DNA of 63,952 bases, counting the filler, from a bacterium (lineage in GTDB: Bacteria; UBP15; UBA6099; JAJRTR01), in assembly GCA_024278215.1 (NCBI GenBank). It is 7 parts of 7 records of this genome, joined end to end, with 100 filler letters (N's around TTAATTAATTAA, not from the genome) between each part and the next. Parts side by side here need not be neighbours in the genome. Positions count along the whole stretch, not along the records: positions 18,626 to 23,941 come from JAJRTR010000083.1; positions 24,042 to 45,229 come from JAJRTR010000084.1; 5 more parts are not named here. The stretch is one strand, 5' to 3'. The notes under the pieces are model-generated. The model saw nothing but the letters and a program-made list of their open reading frames with translations, had not been told where the DNA came from and did not search any database. Made by a program: the position numbers and the translations under genes. Shown here piece by piece: positions 20,597 through 30,571 of the stretch. How positions within the stretch are numbered: the stretch's first letter is position 1; the number at the start of each line of letters is the position of its first letter.

Positions 20597-22066
20597 TTGG
20601 AGTCCTTGCCGGTGAAGCCGCTTGTAATATGTAAAAACATCATCGTTTTTTATGCGATGCTGTTGATAATGTCCACAGGTTTCTCCGTGGCTGCACATGC
20701 CGGTGCACTGCGATATTTCATGCGCGGAGGCACACGGTCACTTGCCATGGGCGGTATGCCTGCGCTCGCTTCCGGTGTGTCGGACTATCTTCCTGAACAT
20801 CCCGCGCTGGAAATGCAACGGCCAGATTTCAGCCTTCGTTTTTCTGCGGAATATGAAGATATTGCGCGGACCGAGGAGGACGGTGTTCCCACATCGGATG
20901 TCAGCGCAAGAGCTAACAACATCGAGTTGGTTTTGAACGATGAAGACGAAAGGCACCGCATAACTTTTATGGCGTTGTTTCGGAATGAGATATCGAGTTC
21001 TTATGATATCGGCAATGGAACCTATATAAGGACTACGGGTGAGCCGCGATTGTTTTCGGCAGCGATGCGGACCGGCAAAATAGCGATCGGCGCAGGGCGC
21101 GGCGAGAGCGACGCCGCAATTTCGGGGTTCTCGGATTATCTCAAACAGGAAGTATTCGACTCGGCAGGACCGCCCGTCTATGAAGGCGGCACGCGGCAAC
21201 CGGAAAGTTTTATCGAACTGGCATACATCCATTCGGACCACATGCAGTTTTTCTATAAACGCTCGTGGGCGGAGAAATCATTGTCCCTTACAATATCAGG
21301 TGACGACCCGGCAACGGGCAGATGGCAGTTGGACATGCCATGGAATCTCGAGGGCGGAAGCAGGTCCGCGGGTACGATTGTCGAACTGGGCGACAGGCTG
21401 ACAATGACAGTCTCTGATACACGCTATTTCTTTTACGGTCGCGACATCAGCGTTCTCACATACAGCGACGGGCTCGGCACATATAATCCTTTCGGCACAC
21501 ATAAAACATCGCTGCATTCCAAAAGTACCGCCGTTGGAATCGACTACAGGAAAAGCGACGCGACACTTCTCACATTTGGATTTGCGCAGAGCAGGATGGA
21601 CGTTTTTTATGATGGGAAATTCATCGCAGTGCCGACCGGATTTTACGATGTGGAAGGCGGGTTATATCTAAAACCGGCATTATTCAGTATCGGAATGGAA
21701 AAGGAAGGTGCGATATACGGCACTACATTCCGGGCCGGCCTGCAATATGGGAATCTGCATCCCGGGGGCGGCATAGCGGTGTCGGGCAATGCCTGTCCGT
21801 TTCTCATCGACTGCAAGCAGACATCCTACGACGAATGGCTCATGCCGTATACATCGATAACGCAACGAGCGCTGACACTTGGACTCGAACGTCGTGTCGG
21901 AAGGTTCAACATTGCTTATGCTCTGGGGCAGATGTTTCCGAAAGCTGTGCGCAGGGCCGACGAAGACAGTACGGGCGGCTCTCGCGAGGGCAACAACATC
22001 CAGGCAAAAGGCAAGGAGGGCCGCGGTGGTATGCTGCACGTTTTCAGCATTGAAACAACTTTTTGA
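20597..22066 (+). CDS. Predicted outer-membrane beta-barrel protein (start uncertain)
   Basis: Signal peptide ending AHA; GTRSLAMGG N-terminal motif like FadL/PorV-type barrels; C-terminal Phe. Confidence 0.6.
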   Translation: MESLPVKPLVICKNIIVFYAMLLIMSTGFSVAAHAGALRYFMRGGTRSLAMGGMPALASGVSDYLPEHPALEMQRPDFSLRFSAEYEDIARTEEDGVPTSDVSARANNIELVLNDEDERHRITFMALFRNEISSSYDIGNGTYIRTTGEPRLFSAAMRTGKIAIGAGRGESDAAISGFSDYLKQEVFDSAGPPVYEGGTRQPESFIELAYIHSDHMQFFYKRSWAEKSLSLTISGDDPATGRWQLDMPWNLEGGSRSAGTIVELGDRLTMTVSDTRYFFYGRDISVLTYSDGLGTYNPFGTHKTSLHSKSTAVGIDYRKSDATLLTFGFAQSRMDVFYDGKFIAVPTGFYDVEGGLYLKPALFSIGMEKEGAIYGTTFRAGLQYGNLHPGGGIAVSGNACPFLIDCKQTSYDEWLMPYTSITQRALTLGLERRVGRFNIAYALGQMFPKAVRRADEDSTGGSREGNNIQAKGKEGRGGMLHVFSIETTF

Positions 22067-22091
22067 CAAAATGATTGATCGTTCACCTGGT

Positions 22092-22140
22092 GAGCCAATT
22101 GCAAAATTCTGATTCGGCTGCGGTCGGCTGCAATTGGCCA
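22092..22140 (+). mobile_element. 49-bp derivative of MITE family A
   Basis: GAGCCAATTGCAAAATTCTGATTCGGCTGCGGTCGGCTGCAATTGGCCA; same structure as the 8214 copy, opposite orientation. Confidence 0.8.
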
Positions 22141-22169
22141 TAGCCCGCATATTTCACAAATGCGGGCTA
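22141..22169. repeat. Short palindromic repeat family E (CCCGCATATTTCACCNNTGCGGG)
   Basis: TAGCCCGCAT-ATTTCACAA-ATGCGGGCTA; related copies near 33099, 37159, 40621, 45968 and 61043. Confidence 0.75.
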
Positions 22170-22991
22170 TTCATTTTCTTTTTCGCGCAGCAGACGCGCC
22201 CGGCCCTCTTCGAAAAAAGTTTCAGCGAATTCGGAATCCCACGTGCGATCCTCGAACGACCTGTTTTCGACAAGTTTAAGAAAGTTGTCGATCTCGGCGA
22301 AATAGGAGCCGTATATGTGAAAGCTGTCCGAGACATCCACATAGCGTCCCACAACAACTTTTTGATCCATTTCTTTCGAAATTCTTTCCGCAACAATGCG
22401 CATCAGGTCCGTGAGCGCGAACATATTCATAAACGCGGCCTTATAGGCGTCTCGTGAACGCCAGTGGGTGTTCATGTTCAGAACCAGCGTGTTGTCCTCA
22501 CCCTCGGCGAGTCGGAACCACAGGCGCTGGAGACACGGCGGGTCATCAGTGGGCGTATCGAGTATCGGGTTCCAGGTGATCGCCTGTGCGCGCCTTGTGA
22601 TTATCGAGTTTGAAAGTCGCTTCACAGCATACAGAATCTGGTCGACGTGCTCGCCGCCCATTTCATAATCAAAAAGTCTTTTATGATATGTATATGTCCA
22701 TTTGCCGGCTTCAGGGTCTATCCAGTGATCGTGCACACCGTCCACAACTTCCTGGCGATAGACTTCCAGTTCCTCGAGTCCGGCGGGGAACGCCCTGTGT
22801 ATTCTCGGCTCCGCGAACGGCTCCTCGACAACGATTGTCATCGTGCAGTCGCGGCTGGGCGGGTCGCCCCTGTGATCATATTCCGTATGGATCGGGATTC
22901 CTTTTTCCCATGTCTCCAGTACTGACTTTTCCCACGCCTCGGGCATTGTCCTGCCCGTGACTTGCAGTACTGGTATATTCCCTTTTTTCAT
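22167..22991 (-). CDS. Thymidylate synthase-family protein (archaeal-type ThyA-like)
   Basis: YTYHKRL, TRRAQAITW, PPCLQ (catalytic Cys), WRSRDAYKAAFMN, SFHIY. Confidence 0.8.
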   Translation of the reverse strand: MKKGNIPVLQVTGRTMPEAWEKSVLETWEKGIPIHTEYDHRGDPPSRDCTMTIVVEEPFAEPRIHRAFPAGLEELEVYRQEVVDGVHDHWIDPEAGKWTYTYHKRLFDYEMGGEHVDQILYAVKRLSNSIITRRAQAITWNPILDTPTDDPPCLQRLWFRLAEGEDNTLVLNMNTHWRSRDAYKAAFMNMFALTDLMRIVAERISKEMDQKVVVGRYVDVSDSFHIYGSYFAEIDNFLKLVENRSFEDRTWDSEFAETFFEEGRARLLREKENE

Positions 22992-23085
22992 ATTTATATG
23001 TCCTTGTAATGGGCCTCAAACCGCGGATGAGAGCCGGCGCTGTTTCCGGCGCGTCGCCAGACTTCTGAATTCTGCCCGGTAGTTG

Positions 23086-23941
23086 TTATTTGCCGGTGAT
23101 AGCCGCGATGAAATCCGCGCCCTCATTCATACCTCTTTCAAGCGCATCCCGGTGGCTTTCAGGATAGTCGAGTTCGAGGCGTAGCACTTTACGCGCTTCC
23201 TCGTCTATGTTCATCACCCTGTAGACATCTTCATCGCCGAGCCCGCCTATCTTCATGATCTTCACGCCGATGTTGGCCACATGAACAGTAGAGACGAGCG
23301 GGAAGAAATCTTTTGACGGGTTTGGAGCATGGTGATATTTTATCGCATATAACAGCGGGTCGGGCAGGTTCCACTTATTAGCGAGCATCTCTCCGACTTC
23401 GCAGTGTGTAATGCCTAATTCCATTTTTTCGGCCTTGTAAAGCTGTATCTTATCCTTAAGCATTCTGTTATAAGCTTTTGCATATTCTTTCGGCATATAT
23501 TGATCGAGTATCAGTATGCCTATATCGTGCATCAGGCCTGAAACGAATGCTTCCTCGGCAATTGTAGGGAAAGACTTTTTTGCAATAGCGCGTGCCATGA
23601 TCGAAGTGGCGATCGAATGCTTCCAGAACTCGCCGTAATTCAGCCGTTTGCCTTTGCCTCCCGTAAAAAATTCCACCATTGAAATGCTCAGGGCAAGGCT
23701 GCGAACTGTATTGAAACCCAGTATTACAATCGCCTGTGTCAGGGTCTCGATCTTTTTGGGGAAACCGTAGAAAGCGGAGTTCACCAGTTTGAGAACCTTC
23801 AGCGAAAGCGCCTTATCCATAGAGATGGTAGCATTGAGATCGGAAGCGGAAGTGTTAGGGCTGTCTACTATTTCTATGATTTTATGCACAACCTGCGGCA
23901 ATGTCGGTATGTCTTTGAGTCGGTCTATGACTCTCTGTACG
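23086..23941 (-). CDS. HDOD-domain protein, 5' truncated
   Basis: IPTLPQVV, VLKLVNSAFYG, LGFNTVRSL, FWKHS, GLMHDIG, WNLP...YHH. Confidence 0.92.
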
Positions 23942-24041
23942 NNNNNNNNNNNNNNNNNNNNNNNNNNNNNNNNNNNNNNNNNNNNTTAATTAATTAANNN
24001 NNNNNNNNNNNNNNNNNNNNNNNNNNNNNNNNNNNNNNNNN
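23942..24041. other. Artificial contig linker
   Basis: N44-TTAATTAATTAA-N44. Confidence 0.98.
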
Positions 24042-24082
24042 CACCATAAAAACTTCGGCACGTTCGGATTGAGCCCTGTCGC

Positions 24083-25006
24083 TCACGGCGTGTCAGGCGG
24101 CATGGGCGGCACATCTGGTGTTGTGACTTCCGGCACTCCCGTCGTCGTGTCCGTAAGATCGTAACCGGCTTCCGCTGCGTTTTCGATAACATCGTTTATC
24201 GAATTTTCCATATTGTCATTCACTATTGCATCTATTGCGTCGCCCGAATCACCTGCGCCGGACAGGTCCGCCGAGTCATCGCCGCCGCCTCCGGCGGATG
24301 CTCCCAACTCTTCGAGTTCAGCGCTGATTTCCGCGGATATGCTTTCCATTTCCGTCCGCACTTCGGGAGCGACTTCTACAGGTTCAGGCGCGCCCTGCAT
24401 TCCGGCGGCGACCTCCACCGCCTGGTTTTCTCCCAGCACAATATCCCCGCTTTCGGCAGAAATGCCGAGCAGCCCCGAAAGCATCGAAAATGACGATGCA
24501 CCGCCGCGGACATCGACGAGAAACTCCGTGCCGCGCACTCCCGCTATTGCCGTGGGCGTCCTGATGGTGAATGTAGATTCTTTCTTCAGCAGTTTTTTTG
24601 CCCGGACGAATGCCTTTCCTTTTAGTATATTCATGGATGTCTTCTCGGACGCTTTTTTCAGCGAAAGTTCGTCGAGTGTCAGGCGGGTAAGTTCAAATAC
24701 CTTCACAGCGTGGCCCCTGTTCCACACTAGCAGAGCCTGCGAATCGGGGCCGGTCTTCAGTTGCGAGCCCTCGAACAGTTTGTCGCCTTCGCGCGCGGCG
24801 GTCCATTCTTCGTCGCCCGCGCCGCGCAACTGCACTTCGCCCTGGATGTTGTGTATGGACGCGACGGGCTTGTCTGCGGCATAACCTGTCCGGATGCAGA
24901 AGGAAAGCGCTGCCGTAAAACAGAGTGTAAAAACCAGTGTGGCGATGCCCGGCATCCGGCAAACTGCCGGTGTCTGTATATATGACAACTTCGTTTGATG
25001 TCTCAT
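24083..25006 (-). CDS. Exported FecR-domain protein with acidic tail
   Basis: LKTGPDSQALL and IRTPTAIAGVRGTEF FecR motifs; N-terminal hydrophobic segment; start uncertain. Confidence 0.8.
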   Translation of the reverse strand: MRHQTKLSYIQTPAVCRMPGIATLVFTLCFTAALSFCIRTGYAADKPVASIHNIQGEVQLRGAGDEEWTAAREGDKLFEGSQLKTGPDSQALLVWNRGHAVKVFELTRLTLDELSLKKASEKTSMNILKGKAFVRAKKLLKKESTFTIRTPTAIAGVRGTEFLVDVRGGASSFSMLSGLLGISAESGDIVLGENQAVEVAAGMQGAPEPVEVAPEVRTEMESISAEISAELEELGASAGGGGDDSADLSGAGDSGDAIDAIVNDNMENSINDVIENAAEAGYDLTDTTTGVPEVTTPDVPPMPPDTP

Positions 25007-25052
25007 GGTTACCATCCTTTTCACGGGTATACGGCGCCCGGAGTTCACGGAC

Positions 25053-28000
25053 TCAACGCGCAAGCTCGATTGTACACTCGGAAGCAGCCTTCAGCATGTA
25101 GCCTTTCCATGTTTCGAGCACGTCGCCGGGTTCAATCGCCGAGTAGCCCGAGCCGGGCACATAACCGAACAGCTTCGCACCGATCCGGCCCGCGGCTATC
25201 GCGGCCGGAAGACTCAGCGATTGTCCGCCGCATTCAATAGTTATATTGTCGCCCCATGTGAGCGCGCTCTCGAACGGATTGCCGATGAGGTTCCAGCCTT
25301 TGGCGAGCGGCACAGATACCGTCTGACCGGGCAGCGATGGAACACCGTCGATATCTATCTGTGTCGCTTCGTCCGCATATATCCAGTAGCCCAGACCCGA
25401 CTGGATATCCACGCCCTCTTTCGACGATGCCGAATAGTAGTTGTTCCCGAAATACTGGAATATATCAGCTACATCCAGATCGTCGCCCAGAAGTGTCAGC
25501 GCCTTTGTGATCCGCGGCTCGACAGGCACAGAAATAAGATTCCAGCCGGGGGCGAGTGTTGTCGACACGGTTTTGAGTTCAGGCAGACGCGCGACGAGCA
25601 CAACCTGGAAACTGCGTGCGGTGCCGTCGGTGGTGTAAGAATATCTTGTCTGTTCGAGCATATTGATTTCGTTGTTGTTGCTCATGTCTGTGAGATAGAG
25701 ATCGTAGTAACCGCCGAGTTGCGGTAGTTGGCCCCACTCGATAAGCATAGTGGTTCCGGATTCATTCGAGTCGACAGAGAAGTCCCAGACCTTGCAGACA
25801 CCCGCTTTCGCCTCCTTCGGGCAATCCGGGTCAATGCCGAGGAGGTTGCGGAAATCGAAAGTGTACTTGCCGGGGTGCCTGGTCCATGCGCCGTGTGGGA
25901 AGTAGAGAGACGTGCGGTACGCGGAGAAGCCGGCGGGCGGCTCGAACAGGTCGCTGCCGTCGAACCCGTCGGCGGCATTCGCTGCCAGACCCAGCCGGTT
26001 GTCGCGGTCCGCGCTGTGCGCGCCGGTCGCGGAAATGTTTATGTTCACGCCCGGTTTGTTTCTTATGATACGCGCCACGCCGTACTGGTTTTCCGAGCCG
26101 GGATCGTACACAAGCGACACGCCGCTTTCGTATACATATAGAAGGTAACCCGTACCGGCCGACATCGCCGTAGCGCTCAGCGCTGTCCAGCCTGTGTCGT
26201 CGTGGACGAAGGGTTTCACCGCGATAAGTTCCTGCGTATAAACGGCATCTGAATAGCTGTAAGTCGTTCCGTCTTTCTTTACTTTTATATTGCTCCACGT
26301 GAAGTCCCAGTTGAAGGGCGGTCCGACCTGGTTCCAGCCCTGGCCGACCGAATACGCATAGTCCGCCGTGGTATCGACCGGCGCCCCGGTGAGAGAAACC
26401 TGCGACGCGCCGTCGAGCGGCTTGATCCAGAAGCCCTGCCCCGCGCTAAGCGATGAGGGCTTTTCATACTTGCCCATCACGGGATCGTCCTCGTTCGTGG
26501 GGTCCCACACGTACACAGTGTAATTGCCCGAGTCGAGCAGTATGTTCAGTGAAGTCGCGTCCGGCGTCATCGGCAGCGACAACTGTGTCCAGGTCGACGG
26601 CGACACAGTCGCCACGCCTGTTATCTCGTTGCCGGAGATGGTGAATGTGACCGTGTCCTGTGACGAGTTACCGTGGTCGTCCGAAGCTGTGAGTCTTATC
26701 GTGTAGCTGCCGCTGAGGTTGCTCATGTCGATTGTACCGAGCGTGCCTGCCGAAACAGAAGTGGACGACGAAACCACCTGTTTCCACTTCGCGGGCGCGG
26801 ATCCTGTTCCATATTCAAGTGTGAATGACGAGAAATTCGTATCGGCGGCGGTGCCCGTAACAGTCACGGTGCCGCTTTGAGTCGAGCCGGTCGACGGCGC
26901 GGTTATAGTCGCAGTCGGCAACGTGCCGTCGTAGCTGACTGTCACACTCATGGACGCGGAGTTGCCGGCGGCGTCGGTGGCGATGACAGTGATCGTATTC
27001 GAACCGTCGGAAAGCGCCGTCGTCGCGGAATAGCCTGTGCCGGTCACCGTTGCCTGCGAACCATTGACGATAACTGTCGCGCCGGTCTCCACCGTGCCTG
27101 TTACGGAGACGGGAGACGAGTTCGTTTTTGCACCGTCCGCGGGAGAAGTTATGGTCGGCGAAGGAGAGGACGTGTCGACAGTCAGTCCGTCTGAGGTAAC
27201 GACCGCGCTGTAAAGCCCCGCCCCGTTTTCGGCCTTGACCGAGAAATAATACGTCGTGCCGTCGACAAGAGAGAGCGCGGATTCGGTGATGGATAAAGTC
27301 GAGCTTGCGACGGAATCCCAGCTTACTACATCCGAAGCGCCAGCAGTTGTGCCAGCTGAATACCAGTACGCGCTTATGCCCGATTCGGTGTCTGTCGCAG
27401 CGGCCCAGTTTGTGGAGAGTGAAGTCGATGCGGAAGAGAAATCTATGTCGGCGCTCGTGCCGTCATAGACATAAGCGGGATCGGAAGGAGGTGTAGTGTC
27501 CGCGCCGGATGTGGGAGTCGCCGATTGTTCCGACGTATTCGTGTCTTCGTTTCCGTAACTGTCTTCGGCGCGAACGACAAAGTAATATTTGACATCCTTT
27601 GTGAGTCCCGTGACAGAGTAAGTGGTCGTGGCCGACGTGGTAGCGTTGGCGGTCTCGAAATTCTGGCCGCCTGAATCTGTCGCGTAATAGATGTTGTAGG
27701 TGATGGGCGGCGAGTCGTCCGTCGCCTCGGTCCAGTAGAGAGCGATGCTGTCGCCTGTTTCGGCATCGGTCGCGGAATAGAGGCCGCTGAAGACCGGCGG
27801 TGTAGTGTCCGCGCCGGATGTGGGAGTCGCCGATTGTTCCGACGTATTCGTGTCTTCGTTGCCGTAGCTATCTTCGGCGCGAACGACAAAGAAATATTTG
27901 ACATCCTTTGTGAGTCCTGTGACAGAGTAAGTGGTTGTGGCCGACGTGGTAGCGTTGGCGGTCTCGAAATTCTGGCCGCCGGAGCTTGTCGCGTAATAGA

Positions 28001-28877
28001 TGTTGTAAGTGATGGGCGGCGAGTCGTCCGTCGCCTCGGTCCAGTAGAGAGCGATGCTGTCGCCTGTTTCGGCATCGGTCGCGGAATAGAGGCCGCTGAA
28101 GACCGGCGGGGTGAGGTCGGCGGCAATAGTGATAGTCGTCGTAGCGAGAGTTGCCGTTATGTCGGTCGCGCCGTCGCTGCCCAGCATCAGCGTTTTTCTG
28201 TTGGTCGTGTAGTCCGTCGAGAAGGTGACGGATGTCGAGCCTGTCGCCTGCGCGGTGAAGTAGAATGTCGCGACCGTTACTGCCGTGCCGCTGGACGACA
28301 CCGGCCCGGTCGTCAGGTTCCAGTAGTTCAGGTCGATCGCGCCGCCAGTGTTATCGACAGTGTTGAAATCAAACAGGTTTTCAAAATTATCTGTGTCGGT
28401 AACGTCGGTTACAAGCGTGCCCGTCGCGTCCGTCACCTGGAGCATCGCGGGGTCGAAGTCGATGAAAGCGTCCAGCGCCAGCGCGCTGTCTCCGTTGTAT
28501 GTCACCGTGAAGTCGACAGCGAAAGTCTGCCTGTTCTCGACAGTTGTGTTGCAGTTCAGCGCGAGTATTGCTATCGGATTCGTCGCGAGCTGATCGGAAA
28601 TCGAGTCCGTTGCATATTTCCAGAAATCGGGTTTCATAATATCTATGTCAATCGCATTTATAGTCTGATCACCGTTGAAATCGGCGTCCGGGTTGTAATT
28701 CGGGTCCTCAATTGATGTATTCCAGGCATCGGTGAACGGCCCGAGGTCGGCGACGTTTATCTGCTCGTTTCCAGTCAGGTCTCCCACAGCATCCAATGCG
28801 GCAGCCGGCCTCGCCGTCGCGACGAAAACCACCGTAATTATAACCACTGCGATTGCGATCAGGCGCTTGCTGAACAT
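25053..28877 (-). CDS. 1274-aa secreted multidomain protein: dockerin-like, cohesin-like, FN3 x3, Ig-like domains, GWN-repeat C-terminus
   Basis: GDLTGNEQINVADL/ADFNGDQTINAIDI Ca-loop pair; FTV...IDFDPAMLQV cohesin-like pattern; FN3 W...Y...GL...YFVVRA; GWNQVGPP, GWNLISVP, GWNLIGNP. Confidence 0.75.
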   Translation of the reverse strand: MFSKRLIAIAVVIITVVFVATARPAAALDAVGDLTGNEQINVADLGPFTDAWNTSIEDPNYNPDADFNGDQTINAIDIDIMKPDFWKYATDSISDQLATNPIAILALNCNTTVENRQTFAVDFTVTYNGDSALALDAFIDFDPAMLQVTDATGTLVTDVTDTDNFENLFDFNTVDNTGGAIDLNYWNLTTGPVSSSGTAVTVATFYFTAQATGSTSVTFSTDYTTNRKTLMLGSDGATDITATLATTTITIAADLTPPVFSGLYSATDAETGDSIALYWTEATDDSPPITYNIYYATSSGGQNFETANATTSATTTYSVTGLTKDVKYFFVVRAEDSYGNEDTNTSEQSATPTSGADTTPPVFSGLYSATDAETGDSIALYWTEATDDSPPITYNIYYATDSGGQNFETANATTSATTTYSVTGLTKDVKYYFVVRAEDSYGNEDTNTSEQSATPTSGADTTPPSDPAYVYDGTSADIDFSSASTSLSTNWAAATDTESGISAYWYSAGTTAGASDVVSWDSVASSTLSITESALSLVDGTTYYFSVKAENGAGLYSAVVTSDGLTVDTSSPSPTITSPADGAKTNSSPVSVTGTVETGATVIVNGSQATVTGTGYSATTALSDGSNTITVIATDAAGNSASMSVTVSYDGTLPTATITAPSTGSTQSGTVTVTGTAADTNFSSFTLEYGTGSAPAKWKQVVSSSTSVSAGTLGTIDMSNLSGSYTIRLTASDDHGNSSQDTVTFTISGNEITGVATVSPSTWTQLSLPMTPDATSLNILLDSGNYTVYVWDPTNEDDPVMGKYEKPSSLSAGQGFWIKPLDGASQVSLTGAPVDTTADYAYSVGQGWNQVGPPFNWDFTWSNIKVKKDGTTYSYSDAVYTQELIAVKPFVHDDTGWTALSATAMSAGTGYLLYVYESGVSLVYDPGSENQYGVARIIRNKPGVNINISATGAHSADRDNRLGLAANAADGFDGSDLFEPPAGFSAYRTSLYFPHGAWTRHPGKYTFDFRNLLGIDPDCPKEAKAGVCKVWDFSVDSNESGTTMLIEWGQLPQLGGYYDLYLTDMSNNNEINMLEQTRYSYTTDGTARSFQVVLVARLPELKTVSTTLAPGWNLISVPVEPRITKALTLLGDDLDVADIFQYFGNNYYSASSKEGVDIQSGLGYWIYADEATQIDIDGVPSLPGQTVSVPLAKGWNLIGNPFESALTWGDNITIECGGQSLSLPAAIAAGRIGAKLFGYVPGSGYSAIEPGDVLETWKGYMLKAASECTIELAR
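27490..28107. repeat. Near-identical 309-bp tandem duplication encoding two FN3 domains
   Basis: 27490-27798 and 27799-28107 differ at only a handful of positions. Confidence 0.92.
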
Positions 28878-28904
28878 GGCTGATCCCTTCCTTCTACCGT
28901 ATTG

Positions 28905-30392
28905 CTAATAAGTTATCGTATAAATGGCGCGGAACACTTCGTCCCGGTCATCGCCGTTGCCGTACACGCCGTATTCCCTGTCGATGATCCTGTAGCCAAG
29001 CGTCACTTTTTCCTGTTTTCTCCAGGGAAGCGTATATTCAAGAGTATACTGATTGTAAATATGCTCGTCGACATCGAAACTGTAGATGTAATCGTAACCG
29101 GCGTTCCACCTGGTTTTGTTTCGCAGGTTCATATAGTAGTCCAGGCTGATTGTGCCGGATTTGCCTTCGTCGAAATCTTCATCCGTGGCGTAGCTCGCCG
29201 CGAGCCGGTAATAGCTGTTTTCGGTCCTGTCGCCCCTCATGGAAAGAATCCAGTTGTAGGCGAAGAAGAACGAACCGCGCGTGCTGTTGTCATTATTGTC
29301 GCTCAGCGGCAACGAATAACTCGCTGATCCGTATTCGGTCGGTCGATAAAATCTTGTATAGTTTATTCCGACCCTCGTGTTTCTGTAATCATCGTCACGG
29401 TCGGTTTCTATCGCGTTGTAAAGCCCGAAAAGCGTTATAAGGGTTTCATTGTGAATTCGCGTCGAGGACACGACTGCCGTGAACACGCTGTCCACCGAAC
29501 CGGCATCGCCGTCGTGCGACTCATATCTGAACTGAAGATTGTTTATGGGACCGTTCCGCTTATTATTTTTTGCCTGCACATCGACCGATTCGCCGGTACT
29601 TTTCCCCGACGGAGTATTCGTCTGCACCGCTACCGCCACAGAGCCGCGCTCAGCTTCGTCACGCCTGCTCCTGCTGCCCGATCTTTTTCGAGACGACGAG
29701 CCACCAGCCCGTTTTCCTTCAGACGATTGTCCCGCGCTCGCGCTCCTGCTGCGCCCGCCGCTTTCAGCTTCGTCCGCATCGCCTGCATCGCCGTCGTCTC
29801 CAGCCAGGATTATCGTCTTTTTCTCCTTTTTATGTTTCGCCGCTGTTTTTCGCGCGGCGTTTCCCGCTTGTTTTTTCTCCGCGCCATTGCCCGCCGCCAC
29901 GACCATCCCGCCGTGCCTGGGCTCAGCCGGTATGACATTCTTCACCTTGAGTGTTTTCAGATCGTTTTTTATTTCATCCGGTATCACCTTATATTCGTGC
30001 GTGAAATCCACAAGCTCCAGTGTCTTTCCTTCCAGATTCAGATTCAACTTTCCTGCGATCACCTTCGCGGTCGAATACGTAGACTTCACTTCCGTAATCT
30101 CTATCGTCCCCGCTTCACTGCCCTTGTAGAAAACGCGGTACTTCTTTCCCGCCGCAAGCTCGTCCGCAAGTTTCGGATTCTCCGTGTGATATATCAGCAC
30201 CCGGCCGTCATCCGTCACTATCGCAAAGAACGCCGCCAGACCGCTGTACCCGGACGAAGTATCCCAGACGACCGATTGGCCCCGCGCGGCGAACGCGAAA
30301 AAAAACACAGCGGCGGACAGGATCGAAAAAAATGCTGAAATCCGCCTATTATATTGCCCTGTCATCAGGTATGCATCCTTTGAAAAATACAT
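28905..30392 (-). CDS. Exported protein: small N-terminal beta domain, low-complexity linker, C-terminal beta-barrel
   Basis: Signal peptide; Tyr-rich alternating strands; terminal aromatic residue (RAIYTITY). Confidence 0.6.
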   Translation of the reverse strand: MYFSKDAYLMTGQYNRRISAFFSILSAAVFFFAFAARGQSVVWDTSSGYSGLAAFFAIVTDDGRVLIYHTENPKLADELAAGKKYRVFYKGSEAGTIEITEVKSTYSTAKVIAGKLNLNLEGKTLELVDFTHEYKVIPDEIKNDLKTLKVKNVIPAEPRHGGMVVAAGNGAEKKQAGNAARKTAAKHKKEKKTIILAGDDGDAGDADEAESGGRSRSASAGQSSEGKRAGGSSSRKRSGSRSRRDEAERGSVAVAVQTNTPSGKSTGESVDVQAKNNKRNGPINNLQFRYESHDGDAGSVDSVFTAVVSSTRIHNETLITLFGLYNAIETDRDDDYRNTRVGINYTRFYRPTEYGSASYSLPLSDNNDNSTRGSFFFAYNWILSMRGDRTENSYYRLAASYATDEDFDEGKSGTISLDYYMNLRNKTRWNAGYDYIYSFDVDEHIYNQYTLEYTLPWRKQEKVTLGYRIIDREYGVYGNGDDRDEVFRAIYTITY

Positions 30393-30571
30393 ACATTAAT
30401 AATATCAAACAAGTAACCAAAAGACAATTAAATATTTAACGTATTCAGAATATTAGAGTGATATTACACGACCTGCTTTGTGTCACGTAAATGTCGCCGG
30501 CAGCTTCATTTCCCAAATTGATATAAAATGGTGTAACATTGAAGGCAACGAACTCAAAGAGAGTGAATAAC

